A stretch of DNA of 64,000 nucleotides from NCBI GenBank assembly GCA_020854235.1, contig JADZFW010000084.1, positions 15,932-79,931 on the forward strand, given 5' to 3'. Shown piece after piece: positions 1-8,871 of this stretch (the stretch's first letter is position 1; each line of letters opens with the position of its first letter). The stretch is from Flavobacteriaceae bacterium. Lineage in GTDB: Bacteria; Bacteroidota; Bacteroidia; Flavobacteriales; Flavobacteriaceae. A program made the position numbers and the translations under genes. Under the pieces are notes generated by a model that had not been told where the DNA came from, made no database searches, and worked only from the letters and a program-made list of their open reading frames with translations.

Positions 1-3000
1 TGGAGACAAAACAACAAAATACCACTATAGGAAATTTTGTTGCGCTTTCTCAAAGTCAATTAAACAACATTTATCAAGAAGGAATTCCAAACATACCGGT
101 ATTAACCCGATTGATTGAAGTTCCACAAAATGCTGAAGTGGTCTTTAACGTTTTGAGTTATACCGAACAAATCATCCACTTATCTGATTATGGAATGGTA
201 GATAAGATTATTCCTGCCAACCGTTCACAATCTAAAAGCGAAACAATTGTTTCACTTTCCAAAAATGATGTTGTTTACCAAACCAATGCTTATTTCAATA
301 CTGAAATAGCCCGTTATTTTGAATCTGGTCAAATGCGTGAAACTAGATTGGGTCGCATCGAAATCAGCCCTATTCAATACAATCCTGTGGAAAACACGTT
401 GAGGATCTTAAACGATTTGGAAGTAGAAATCCGATTTGTCAACGCCGATCATACCGGTACAAAGGCAATAAAGGCCAAATATGAAGATGCTTATTCTAGT
501 TACGCAAATGGTTCGTTATTAAACCAACTGAATTATGGCACACGCGAGCTCATTTCGCAAGCGCCAACTCATTTGGTAATTATTTCAGATAGAATGTTTG
601 AAGCCCAATTGGCTCCTTTCATTGCTTGGAAAGTTAAAAAAGGATTTAAGGTTACCGTAGGTTATACAGATGTTGTAGGCACCACTACTTCTGCTATTAA
701 AACTTATTTACAGAACATTTATCAAGGGTCAACTCCTATGAGATTTGTACTTTTTGTAGGAGACGTAGCGCAAGTTCCCGCATGGCAAGCTACCGGACAC
801 GTTACCGATTTGAGATACTGCGAATATACCGGTGACAATCTACCAGAAGTGTATTACGGTCGTTTTTCAGCCCAAACAACAGCTCAATTACAACCTCAGT
901 TGGATAAATCCTTAATGTACGAACAATTCCTTATGCCCAATCCGGCCTATTTATCAGATGTTTTATTGGTCGCCGGAGATGACTCTTCGCATGAAATGAC
1001 TTGGGGCAATGGTCAATTGTATTATGGTCAAAACTACTACTTTTCAGCTGCCAACAATACCAATACTACTACTTATTTGCAACCTTTGGACAATGCAGCC
1101 ATTCACACTCAAATTATCAATCGTGTGAATGCCGGGTTAGGTTATACTAATTATACCGCCCATTGTGGTTCAGATGGATGGTCTTCTCCAAGCTTTTCAG
1201 TGAGTGATGCCAATGCTTTAACCAATAACGGTAAATACGGACTATTGGTGGGAAATTGTTGTCAATCCGTCAAATTTGAAGAAAGCACTTGTTTTGGAGA
1301 AGCTATTTTGCGTAAATCAAATGCCGGTGCCATGGGTTATATCGGTGCTTCCGATTACTCCTATTGGGATGAAGATTATTGGTGGGGTGTAGGTTTAACA
1401 AGCAGCATCATTGCACAACCCACTTATGCCGCTAGTGGAAGAGGTGCTTATGACGGTTATTGGCATCAATTGGCCAATGAAGTCAATAATACCGCCACTT
1501 GGTACACCACACAAGCCCAAATGGTTGTATGTGGAAATATTGCGGTAGAAGCTTCAACTTCTTCCTTAAAACAATACTATTGGGAAATATATCACCTCAT
1601 GGGTGACCCTTCTGTAACACCATTTATAGGGACACCACAAGCCATGCCCGTAACACCCAATCCAAGTGCTTTAATGATAGGAATGACAAGTTTGCAAGTA
1701 ACTGCAGCTCCTTATGCCTATGTAGCTCTTTCTCAAAATGGGGTATTAATTGCAGCTGGATTGGCTAATGCTTCAGGTGTAGTTACTTTAAATTTTGTAA
1801 GTTCTGCTTTGGCTGTTGGTACAGCAAACTTGGTAGTTACCGCTCAAAATAGAGTTCCATATATAGGAACCTTAACCATTTCTCCTGCCAATGAACCATA
1901 CGTTACTTTACAAACGTATGCTACTACGGTAACTCCTGATTTCAATCAAAACGTAGGCTTGAATGTTACTTTAGAAAACGTGGCAGCTTCGGGAAGTGGA
2001 TTTAATGCCAATGGAGTTAACGCTACTGTTTCAACAACGGATGCTTATGTCACCATTTCAGATAATAATCAAGTTTACGGTCAAATTATAGCCGGAACTT
2101 CACAATTGCAAAACAATGCTTTTGCTTTTACCGTTGCAAACAATGTTCCCGATCAACACGTAGCTACTTTCAATATGGTCATTACTGATAATGCTGGTCA
2201 CACTTGGAATGCTGTGATGAATGTTACGCTTAATGCTCCTGCCTTTACCATCTTGAACTTGACAATCAATGATGCAGCAGGCAACAACGATGGCATACTC
2301 GATCCGGGAGAAACAGCCAATTTAATCATCCAAACTACCCAATCAGGACATGCTGCGGTATCAAACGTATTAGGAAATATTACTTCCACAAGTACCGATT
2401 TAACATTGAATTCTGTAACCACATCACCGGTAAGCATGGTTATTGGTGCTACCCAAAGTTTTACTTTCAATGTTACCGCTAGTGCTGCAACACCTCAAGG
2501 TACTGCTGCTAACATACATTATACAGTCACCGGAGGAACAGCCAATCAATTTACCAATACCAAAGATTTCCAAGTGATTATTGGATTTGTACCTTCATAT
2601 TGTGCCGCAGGTGCTAGCACTACAACAGATGAATTTATTCAACAAGTGCAATTCAACACGATCAACAATTCAAGTACTCAGGGTCCTGATTATACAGATT
2701 ATACTTCCATTTCCACTACAGTTTACAAAGGAAGTTCCTATCCTATTACCATTACCAATGGAGAAGATTGGTCTGGAGATCAAATGGGCTGTTGGATAGA
2801 TTGGAATTATGATGGTGATTTTGATGATGCCAATGAAACTTTTCCTATTACTTATGTCAATCCAAACGGAACTGGAAATATAGTTGTACCCAATGATGCA
2901 CATATTGGTCCTACTCGTATGAGATTGAGAGTGGCATATACCGGAGAGTATGCTAGCTGTAACGACACTTCTTATGGCGAAGTGGAAGACTACACCGTCA

Positions 3001-3278
3001 ATGTTCAAGCTGCTTTAGGTATTGAAGATTCGTTTGAAAACACGATTGGTTTGTATCCAAATCCAAATCAAGGTTCATTTACCGTTTATCTCAATACCAA
3101 AAACAATGATGAAATGGTTTCGATTGAAGTATTCAATTCACTCGGACAAGTGGTTTACCATTCCCAATCCAATTTGGCAAAAATGAATATCAGTTTAGAT
3201 CAAGCACAAGGAGTTTATTTTGTCAAAGTTGCTTCAGGTAACAAATCTGCTGTTAAGAAAATTATTATCAATCCATAG
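1..3278 (+). CDS. C25 (gingipain-like) cysteine peptidase, 5' partial, with GEVED domain and T9SS C-terminal sorting domain
   Basis: The reading frame is open from the window edge (codons from nt 3 have no stop), so the TTG at 111 is probably not the true start. Candidate catalytic His/Cys context is YTAHCGSDGW and VGNCCQSVKF. The GEVED motif SYGEVEDYTVNV lies near the C-terminus. The terminal ~80 aa (LYPNPNQGSFTVYL...GVYFVKV...KKIIINP) looks like a T9SS type A CTD. Confidence 0.8.
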   Translation, partial: ETKQQNTTIGNFVALSQSQLNNIYQEGIPNIPVLTRLIEVPQNAEVVFNVLSYTEQIIHLSDYGMVDKIIPANRSQSKSETIVSLSKNDVVYQTNAYFNTEIARYFESGQMRETRLGRIEISPIQYNPVENTLRILNDLEVEIRFVNADHTGTKAIKAKYEDAYSSYANGSLLNQLNYGTRELISQAPTHLVIISDRMFEAQLAPFIAWKVKKGFKVTVGYTDVVGTTTSAIKTYLQNIYQGSTPMRFVLFVGDVAQVPAWQATGHVTDLRYCEYTGDNLPEVYYGRFSAQTTAQLQPQLDKSLMYEQFLMPNPAYLSDVLLVAGDDSSHEMTWGNGQLYYGQNYYFSAANNTNTTTYLQPLDNAAIHTQIINRVNAGLGYTNYTAHCGSDGWSSPSFSVSDANALTNNGKYGLLVGNCCQSVKFEESTCFGEAILRKSNAGAMGYIGASDYSYWDEDYWWGVGLTSSIIAQPTYAASGRGAYDGYWHQLANEVNNTATWYTTQAQMVVCGNIAVEASTSSLKQYYWEIYHLMGDPSVTPFIGTPQAMPVTPNPSALMIGMTSLQVTAAPYAYVALSQNGVLIAAGLANASGVVTLNFVSSALAVGTANLVVTAQNRVPYIGTLTISPANEPYVTLQTYATTVTPDFNQNVGLNVTLENVAASGSGFNANGVNATVSTTDAYVTISDNNQVYGQIIAGTSQLQNNAFAFTVANNVPDQHVATFNMVITDNAGHTWNAVMNVTLNAPAFTILNLTINDAAGNNDGILDPGETANLIIQTTQSGHAAVSNVLGNITSTSTDLTLNSVTTSPVSMVIGATQSFTFNVTASAATPQGTAANIHYTVTGGTANQFTNTKDFQVIIGFVPSYCAAGASTTTDEFIQQVQFNTINNSSTQGPDYTDYTSISTTVYKGSSYPITITNGEDWSGDQMGCWIDWNYDGDFDDANETFPITYVNPNGTGNIVVPNDAHIGPTRMRLRVAYTGEYASCNDTSYGEVEDYTVNVQAALGIEDSFENTIGLYPNPNQGSFTVYLNTKNNDEMVSIEVFNSLGQVVYHSQSNLAKMNISLDQAQGVYFVKVASGNKSAVKKIIINP

Positions 3279-3295
3279 TTTTCTAAAAATAAAAA

Positions 3296-3329
3296 ATAAA
3301 AAAGCAGCTCCGTGGAGCTGCTTTTTTTA
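3296..3329. terminator. Bidirectional rho-independent terminator between convergent genes
   Basis: Perfect inverted repeat agcagctcc/ggagctgct (3303-3322), flanked by an A-run upstream and a T-run downstream. It sits between the stop at 3278 (+) and the stop at 3327 (-). Confidence 0.75.
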
Positions 3330-3731
3330 TGGGGCTTTGTTGTACCCTTCTTCAATCAACACTTTAAGCACATTCATATCTACATCTGTCAGTTTTTTAA
3401 TATACAGACAGCCTTTTCCCGTTTTATATTTTCCCAATTTTTGCAAGGTAGCTTCGTATTGAGATAAGTCACATGATAAATAAAGAGTCAAGGCTTGTTT
3501 GCGAGGAGAAAATCCAATTTTCATCCAATCGCCTTCATTTCCACTTTTATATTTGTAATGATAGGAACCAAATCCCACAATACTTCCACCCCACATTTTG
3601 GGTTCTTGACCTGAAATTTCTTTCATCATATCAATGATTTCATAAGCATCTGATTTCTTTTGAGTTTCATCAACTGTGTTGATAAAATCGAGTACTGATG
3701 CGTCGTTTAGTTTGGTTTTGAGTTCGTACAT
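3327..3731 (-). CDS. DUF1801 (YdhG-like) domain protein
   Basis: 134 aa. The pattern PKMWGGSIVGFGSYHYKYKSG...IGFSPRKQALTLYL...GKGCLYIKKL is typical of the YdhG/DUF1801 fold family. Confidence 0.6.
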   Translation of the reverse strand: MYELKTKLNDASVLDFINTVDETQKKSDAYEIIDMMKEISGQEPKMWGGSIVGFGSYHYKYKSGNEGDWMKIGFSPRKQALTLYLSCDLSQYEATLQKLGKYKTGKGCLYIKKLTDVDMNVLKVLIEEGYNKAP

Positions 3732-4013
3732 ATTTATGATTTTTGTGATTTAAAAAAATAAATCTCTCGATAACCTTGAGATGATTTGAAACATAAATAG
3801 TTCCTATTGAGGATTTATAATTACTTATTGAAGCGTTCTATTTTCGCAATTATTCAATCCAAACATAAAGAACCAAAGATAAATAATTTAATATAAAACC
3901 AGATTTTCCTATCCTGTTGTATTTATTTTACACCTATTTCCCGATGGAGCTACCACTTATAACCACACCATTTGTATAGTAGAAGTATGGTATCGAAAAA
4001 ATATTGGTCTTAA

Positions 4014-4076
4014 AGTCCTGTAGTCCTGTAGTTGTGAAGTCCTTTTGTCTTGTTATCCTGAAGTTCTGAAGTCTTG
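4014..4076. repeat. Cluster of six degenerate heptamers AGTYCTK in a 396-bp non-coding gap
   Basis: Copies are agtcctg at 4014 and 4022 (tandem), agtcctt at 4038, atcctg at 4055, agttctg at 4062 and agtcttg at 4070. No ORF with a start codon covers the cluster. Confidence 0.5.
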
Positions 4077-4127
4077 AAAATACTTAAAACGGCACTACTT
4101 ATAACTTTATAAATTATTTAATTGAAC

Positions 4128-5936
4128 TCAAATATGTGATTTGCGTAACATTCGGCGCATGACCTTACCCGAAGCCGTGCGAGGCAAAACTCCTATAGAA
4201 ACCACATCGGAAACTTTGAACAATGGATTGATTTTACTTTTTACAATGTAGTTTATTTCAGATAAAGCTTGTACATGTTCTATTTCATATGTTGGTACAA
4301 AATATACAACCAATTGTTCAGGTCCACCTTCCTTTGGTGGCACTGATATAGCAGCCGATTCTTTGACAAAATCCAATGTCTGAACCCATTCTTCAATTTG
4401 CAGGCTACTCACTTTAATACCTCCCAAATTCATAGCATCATCTACTCTACCTTGTGCTTTAAAATAGCCTTTATCCAATTGCTCGATTTGATCTCCATGC
4501 CGTCTCAACACTTTTCCCTGATACAAGGGTAATCCATGGTAGTATTCTTGGTGATGGTCTTTGTTGAGCAAAACATTCGACAGACCCATACTCGGAGGTA
4601 TAATAAATACTTCTCCCAAAGTACTGACTTGATTGTTTTCATCTAAAAGAACAAAATCTGAACCTAAAGCTTTGGTGGAAAATGTTGAAGGTATATTATT
4701 CTGAACCAATGTACTACACAAATAACCACCTCCAATTTCTGTTCCTCCACAATATTCAATAATGGGTTTATTACCGGCGATTTGCATCAAATAACTGTAT
4801 TCTTCCGGATTGGAAGCTTCGCCCGTAGAACTGAAACATTTAAGATGGTTCCAATCAACATCTTTCATGCAATGGGTCAGTTTCCATTGTTTGACAATAG
4901 AAGGTACCACTCCCAAAATACTGACTTTGGCTTCTTGCACAAAAGTTCCAAAATCACTTCCCAAAGGTGAGCCACCATACAATCCAATGCTTGCCTTATT
5001 CATTAATGCAGCAAAAACCAACCAAGGACCCATCATCCAACCCAAATTGGTTGGCCAAGCCACAATGTCACCTTGTTGAATATCTTGATGAAAATAGCCG
5101 TCACTGGCACATTTAATAGGGGTAGTATGTGTCCACGGAATCGCTTTGGGAGTCGAAGTAGTCCCCGAAGAGAATAATATAGTAGTAATATCATCTGAAG
5201 CACATTTCACAGAAATAAAATCCGTCTGATTACCTAAAAAATCAGACCATTGAAGATCGTGATCTCTTAATTCTATTTGTTCCTGATTGATTACTACAAT
5301 TTTGGGTGCTTGAGTTGAACGCACTTTTTCATACAGCGGAAGTTTCTTGCCATTTCTTAGGATATAATCCTGCGTAAAAACCAATTTGGGTTGGGTAATT
5401 TCCAAACGTACAGCAATTTCTTCAGGCGTAAAACTATCAGCAATGGTAACTACTGATAAACCGGCTTTTATACCTGCCAAATACAAAGCTATTGCTTCCA
5501 CATGCATGGAAAGGTCAATTGCAATGCGATCTCCTTTCTGAAGTTTGTGTTGGATCAGAGAATTGGCAATTCGATTGACCAATTTATCCAACTGACCATA
5601 AGTCCAATACTCAAGTTTAGCACCTTCATTTTGAAAGATAATGGCAATGGCATCTGGTTGTCGTTTAAAACAAGCATCTACAATATTGAAACTGGCCCCG
5701 GGAAGCCATTGAGGTAGAGAGACACCTTGCGACACATCCAATATTTGTGTGGGGTTTTTTTCAAAAGGGATTTCAATAGTTTCTACTACAAACTCCCAAA
5801 ATGATTCTCTTCTTTCTACAGACCATCGCCAAAAGGACTCATACGTTTCAAAACCCAAACGTATCATCGAACGATATATGTTGGTTTTTTGAATATCGGC
5901 AGGTTCTGGTTGCCACATTGTGAGGTGCTTATCCAT
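4128..5936 (-). CDS. AMP-dependent synthetase/ligase (acyl-/acetyl-CoA synthetase-like)
   Basis: 602 aa. The AMP-binding signature is FSSGTTSTPKAIPW, with YCGGTEIGG and a C-terminal GKVMRR. The N-terminal WRWSVERRESFW region resembles ACS-like enzymes. Confidence 0.8.
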   Translation of the reverse strand: MDKHLTMWQPEPADIQKTNIYRSMIRLGFETYESFWRWSVERRESFWEFVVETIEIPFEKNPTQILDVSQGVSLPQWLPGASFNIVDACFKRQPDAIAIIFQNEGAKLEYWTYGQLDKLVNRIANSLIQHKLQKGDRIAIDLSMHVEAIALYLAGIKAGLSVVTIADSFTPEEIAVRLEITQPKLVFTQDYILRNGKKLPLYEKVRSTQAPKIVVINQEQIELRDHDLQWSDFLGNQTDFISVKCASDDITTILFSSGTTSTPKAIPWTHTTPIKCASDGYFHQDIQQGDIVAWPTNLGWMMGPWLVFAALMNKASIGLYGGSPLGSDFGTFVQEAKVSILGVVPSIVKQWKLTHCMKDVDWNHLKCFSSTGEASNPEEYSYLMQIAGNKPIIEYCGGTEIGGGYLCSTLVQNNIPSTFSTKALGSDFVLLDENNQVSTLGEVFIIPPSMGLSNVLLNKDHHQEYYHGLPLYQGKVLRRHGDQIEQLDKGYFKAQGRVDDAMNLGGIKVSSLQIEEWVQTLDFVKESAAISVPPKEGGPEQLVVYFVPTYEIEHVQALSEINYIVKSKINPLFKVSDVVSIGVLPRTASGKVMRRMLRKSHI

Positions 5937-5938
5937 CT

Positions 5939-8257
5939 TTAAAATTCAATATCCCCTTGATCAGGGTAATTGGGATCGCCCACATCTGTATTGTTGGATA
6001 CTTTACTACAATCCATTTCAATATTGAGAACAGCCGGTCGGGGAAAATCATCTTTACTTACCTTCAAGGTGGTATCGGCATAACATTGTTTCATAAACAG
6101 TGCCCATATAGGCAAAGCCATGGTCGCTCCTTGACCTTTATCGATGTTTCTAAAATGTACGGAACGATCTTCTCCTCCTACCCATACACCGGCAATTAAA
6201 TTGGGTACAATACCCACAAACCAACCATCCGATTGATTTTGAGTGGTTCCGGTTTTACCTGCTATAGGATTGGTAAAATTATATGGATGTCCGGTGATCA
6301 AACTGCCACCTGAGGTCCAATTTCCTCTCAAACGTGCACCAGTTCCCGATTCGGTTACCCCTTTCATCATTTCCATTAAAACGTAAGATGATTCCTCACT
6401 AACTACTTCGCTGGATTCAGGCACAAATTCTTCCAATACAACTCCGTTTTTATCTTGAATACGTAATACAACAATGGGTTCTACATGCTGACCTTTGTTC
6501 GCGAAACTTCCCATGGCACTAATCAATTCGTATAAACTCAACTCTACTGATCCTAAACAAATGGACGGTACATGCGGAATCTCTGATTTAATTCCGGCTC
6601 TATTGGCGAGTTCGGCTACAGTAGTAGGGGTTACTTCATCTATCAAACGGGCTGAAATAACATTGACTGAATTGGCCAATGCACTTTTCAAAGTATAGGT
6701 GCCACTATAATTTCCATCAGAGTTGTCGGGTGACCAATCTTGGGGCAAACCATATTTTCCAGCAGGAATGGTATAATGCGAATTGGGATACACATTACAA
6801 GGCGATAATTGCATTTGATTGATGGCTGTGATATACACAAATGGTTTGAAAGTAGAACCTACTTGACGCTTTTGTTTTTCTACAGCATCATACATAAAAT
6901 GCCTGTAATCTATACCTCCGACCCAAGCTTTCACCAAACCAGTTTGAGGTTCGATGGCTACAAAACCTGTTCTGAGGAAATGTTTGTAATAAAAAATAGA
7001 ATCTCTAGGCGTCATGATGGTGTCAATTTCACCTTTCCAAGAAAAAACACTCATTTCCGCTTTTTTATCAAATGAGGCTATAATTTCTTTTTCAGAAACA
7101 CCTGCTTCCTTCATTTTTCTCCATCTATCAGAAACCCGCATGGCTCTGTTGATGGTTTTTTCAATCTCTTCAGTAGTCAAGCTTCTGAAAGGAGCTGTTT
7201 TATTGGTTTTTTGTTCCTTGAAAAATGCTTCTTGAAGATTGGACATGTGAGCTCTTACGGCTTCTTCCGCATATTCTTGCATACGTGAATCGATGGATAC
7301 ATAAATCTTTAGTCCATCGGTATATAAATCGTATTTAGAACCATCAGCTTTGGGATTTTGATCAATCCATTTTTGCATGTATTCTCGCAAATATTCTCTG
7401 AAATATGGTGCCAAACCTTCTTTATGACTTTCTCTATGTACATTGAGTCCCAAATCTGTATTTTGGAGAGAATCTTTTTCGGCTTTAGAAATTTTATCAT
7501 TGCGATACATCTGTCCTAAAACGGTATTTCTACGGTCTTTAACCAATATAAGTCGCTTCTTTTTCAAAGGATTGTATAAAGCTGAGTTTTTCAACATTCC
7601 AACTAACATAGCCGATTCATGAGTTAATAATTCATTGGGTTCCTTTCCAAAATAAATACGGGAAGCTGACCGAATCCCTACGGCTTGATTGAGAAAATCA
7701 TATTGATTGAGGTACATCGCTATAATCTCATCTTTGGAATAACGTTTTTCAAGTCTGATAGCAATGATAATTTCTTTTACTTTTTGAAACAATCGGGTGA
7801 GTTTATTTGAGTTCATCCTTTTGGTAAACATCATCTTAGCTAACTGCTGGGTAATTGTACTTGCACCACCATCACTTCCCAATTTAAGGACAGCTCTCAT
7901 TGTCCCTCTAAAATCAATACCGGAATGTTTGTAAAAACGCTCGTCTTCAGTTGAAACCAAAGCGTCAATTAAATTTTTGGGTAATTCACTATAATGAACA
8001 GGAGTTCTATTTTCAACGGCAAAAGTTCCAATAATTCTGTCATCACTACCTATGATTTCAGTAGCGAGATTATTATCGGGATTTTCCAATCTTTCAAATG
8101 AGGGCATTTTTCCAAAAGCTCCAACTCCTGCAAGGATAAACAGAAGAATGATAAAACCTGTTCCGTAGAGTGCCAGCTTCCAAAACCAAATAATGTATTT
8201 TTTAAATTCTGTAGATGCTTGATCAAAGTGTGACCATTTTTGAAAAGTTCGAATCAT
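5939..8257 (-). CDS. mrcA: Class A penicillin-binding protein (transglycosylase/transpeptidase, PBP1A-type)
   Basis: Glycosyltransferase motifs are EDERFYKHSGIDF and GASTITQQLAK. Transpeptidase motifs are STFK and KTGTT. There is an N-terminal TM anchor. I prefer the ATG at 8257, because the track start at 8299 is a TTG. Confidence 0.9.
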   Translation of the reverse strand: MIRTFQKWSHFDQASTEFKKYIIWFWKLALYGTGFIILLFILAGVGAFGKMPSFERLENPDNNLATEIIGSDDRIIGTFAVENRTPVHYSELPKNLIDALVSTEDERFYKHSGIDFRGTMRAVLKLGSDGGASTITQQLAKMMFTKRMNSNKLTRLFQKVKEIIIAIRLEKRYSKDEIIAMYLNQYDFLNQAVGIRSASRIYFGKEPNELLTHESAMLVGMLKNSALYNPLKKKRLILVKDRRNTVLGQMYRNDKISKAEKDSLQNTDLGLNVHRESHKEGLAPYFREYLREYMQKWIDQNPKADGSKYDLYTDGLKIYVSIDSRMQEYAEEAVRAHMSNLQEAFFKEQKTNKTAPFRSLTTEEIEKTINRAMRVSDRWRKMKEAGVSEKEIIASFDKKAEMSVFSWKGEIDTIMTPRDSIFYYKHFLRTGFVAIEPQTGLVKAWVGGIDYRHFMYDAVEKQKRQVGSTFKPFVYITAINQMQLSPCNVYPNSHYTIPAGKYGLPQDWSPDNSDGNYSGTYTLKSALANSVNVISARLIDEVTPTTVAELANRAGIKSEIPHVPSICLGSVELSLYELISAMGSFANKGQHVEPIVVLRIQDKNGVVLEEFVPESSEVVSEESSYVLMEMMKGVTESGTGARLRGNWTSGGSLITGHPYNFTNPIAGKTGTTQNQSDGWFVGIVPNLIAGVWVGGEDRSVHFRNIDKGQGATMALPIWALFMKQCYADTTLKVSKDDFPRPAVLNIEMDCSKVSNNTDVGDPNYPDQGDIEF

Positions 8258-8379
8258 AATTGTACAATATTGAAAGATTAGAGACTTGTTTGGATGCAAA
8301 AATAGTAATTTTCAAGGTTGAAAAAACCTTATAAAAAGTTAAGAATTAGTAGACTATATCAATTTGTTTGCAAAATAGT

Positions 8380-8871
8380 TTATTTGGCAATTTCAACGCT
8401 TATACCCACATCCGAAACGCCAAGTAAAGGATCGATGGCTTCAATTTCATTGCGTTTACGCATGGCTTGTTTGACTTCAAATAGGTAATTCCCCGGTTTT
8501 GCAAATCTGATTTTTTCTTTGTAAAACAATTTATTTTCTTTCAAATCAGAAAAGCCACTTCCTAAAAAATCTCCTTTAGAATCAGTCATTTCGTATTCCA
8601 AAGTATCAGTAACTTGTTTGTTATCAGGAAAAGACATTCGTGCAATCAAATAAAGATTACTATAAGCGTAATCTTTTGTATTTCTCAAATTGATATAGAG
8701 ATTATAAAAAGAAACAGTATCCTTTATCGGTATTTCAATGGCAACTACTTGTCCATTTGGCCATTGCGCTTTATCCAAAGATTCATATTGATTAAAAACC
8801 ACTTCTTGTTTGCAGGAATGCAATACTCCAATAAAAAATATCAAAAATCCTATTTTAAGTATTGGCTTCAT
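8380..8871 (-). CDS. gldH: Gliding motility lipoprotein GldH
   Basis: 163 aa with a lipoprotein signal (FFIGVLHSC). The body (WPNGQVV...YNLYINLRNT..Y.YSNLYL...GDFLGSG...) matches my memory of the GldH family. Its position between a PSP1 gene and a PBP gene is the arrangement I recall for Flavobacterium johnsoniae. Confidence 0.8.
   Translation of the reverse strand: MKPILKIGFLIFFIGVLHSCKQEVVFNQYESLDKAQWPNGQVVAIEIPIKDTVSFYNLYINLRNTKDYAYSNLYLIARMSFPDNKQVTDTLEYEMTDSKGDFLGSGFSDLKENKLFYKEKIRFAKPGNYLFEVKQAMRKRNEIEAIDPLLGVSDVGISVEIAK

Noticed and set aside
2198-3008. Antisense or alternate-frame ORFs inside the C25 protease gene (2198-2470 minus, 2581-2799 plus, 2670-3008 minus)
   Set aside because: They lie entirely within a long ORF that has strong family motifs. 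Their translations are low-complexity or hydrophobic with no recognisable motif.
3220-3462. 80-aa plus-strand ORF spanning the end of the protease gene
   Set aside because: It runs through the protease stop codon region, the terminator hairpin and the antisense strand of the DUF1801 gene, so it is not a plausible gene.
3950-4100. Minus-strand open frame across the heptamer repeat cluster (reads ...RLQNFRITRQKDFTTTGLQDFKTNIF...)
   Set aside because: An in-frame TAA lies three codons upstream of the repeats and no start codon follows it. The apparent peptide periodicity only reflects the DNA repeat.
4782-8299. About ten short ORFs (60-90 aa) on the plus strand opposite the synthetase and PBP genes, plus 7309-7500 on the minus strand
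   Set aside because: All are nested in two long, motif-rich minus-strand genes. Such ORFs are typical shadows in AT-rich coding sequence.
8311-8331. A short hairpin aaggtt-gaaaa-aacctt between gldH and the PBP gene
   Set aside because: The stem is 6 bp and AT-rich with no clear U-run on the transcribed strand. These genes are likely co-transcribed.
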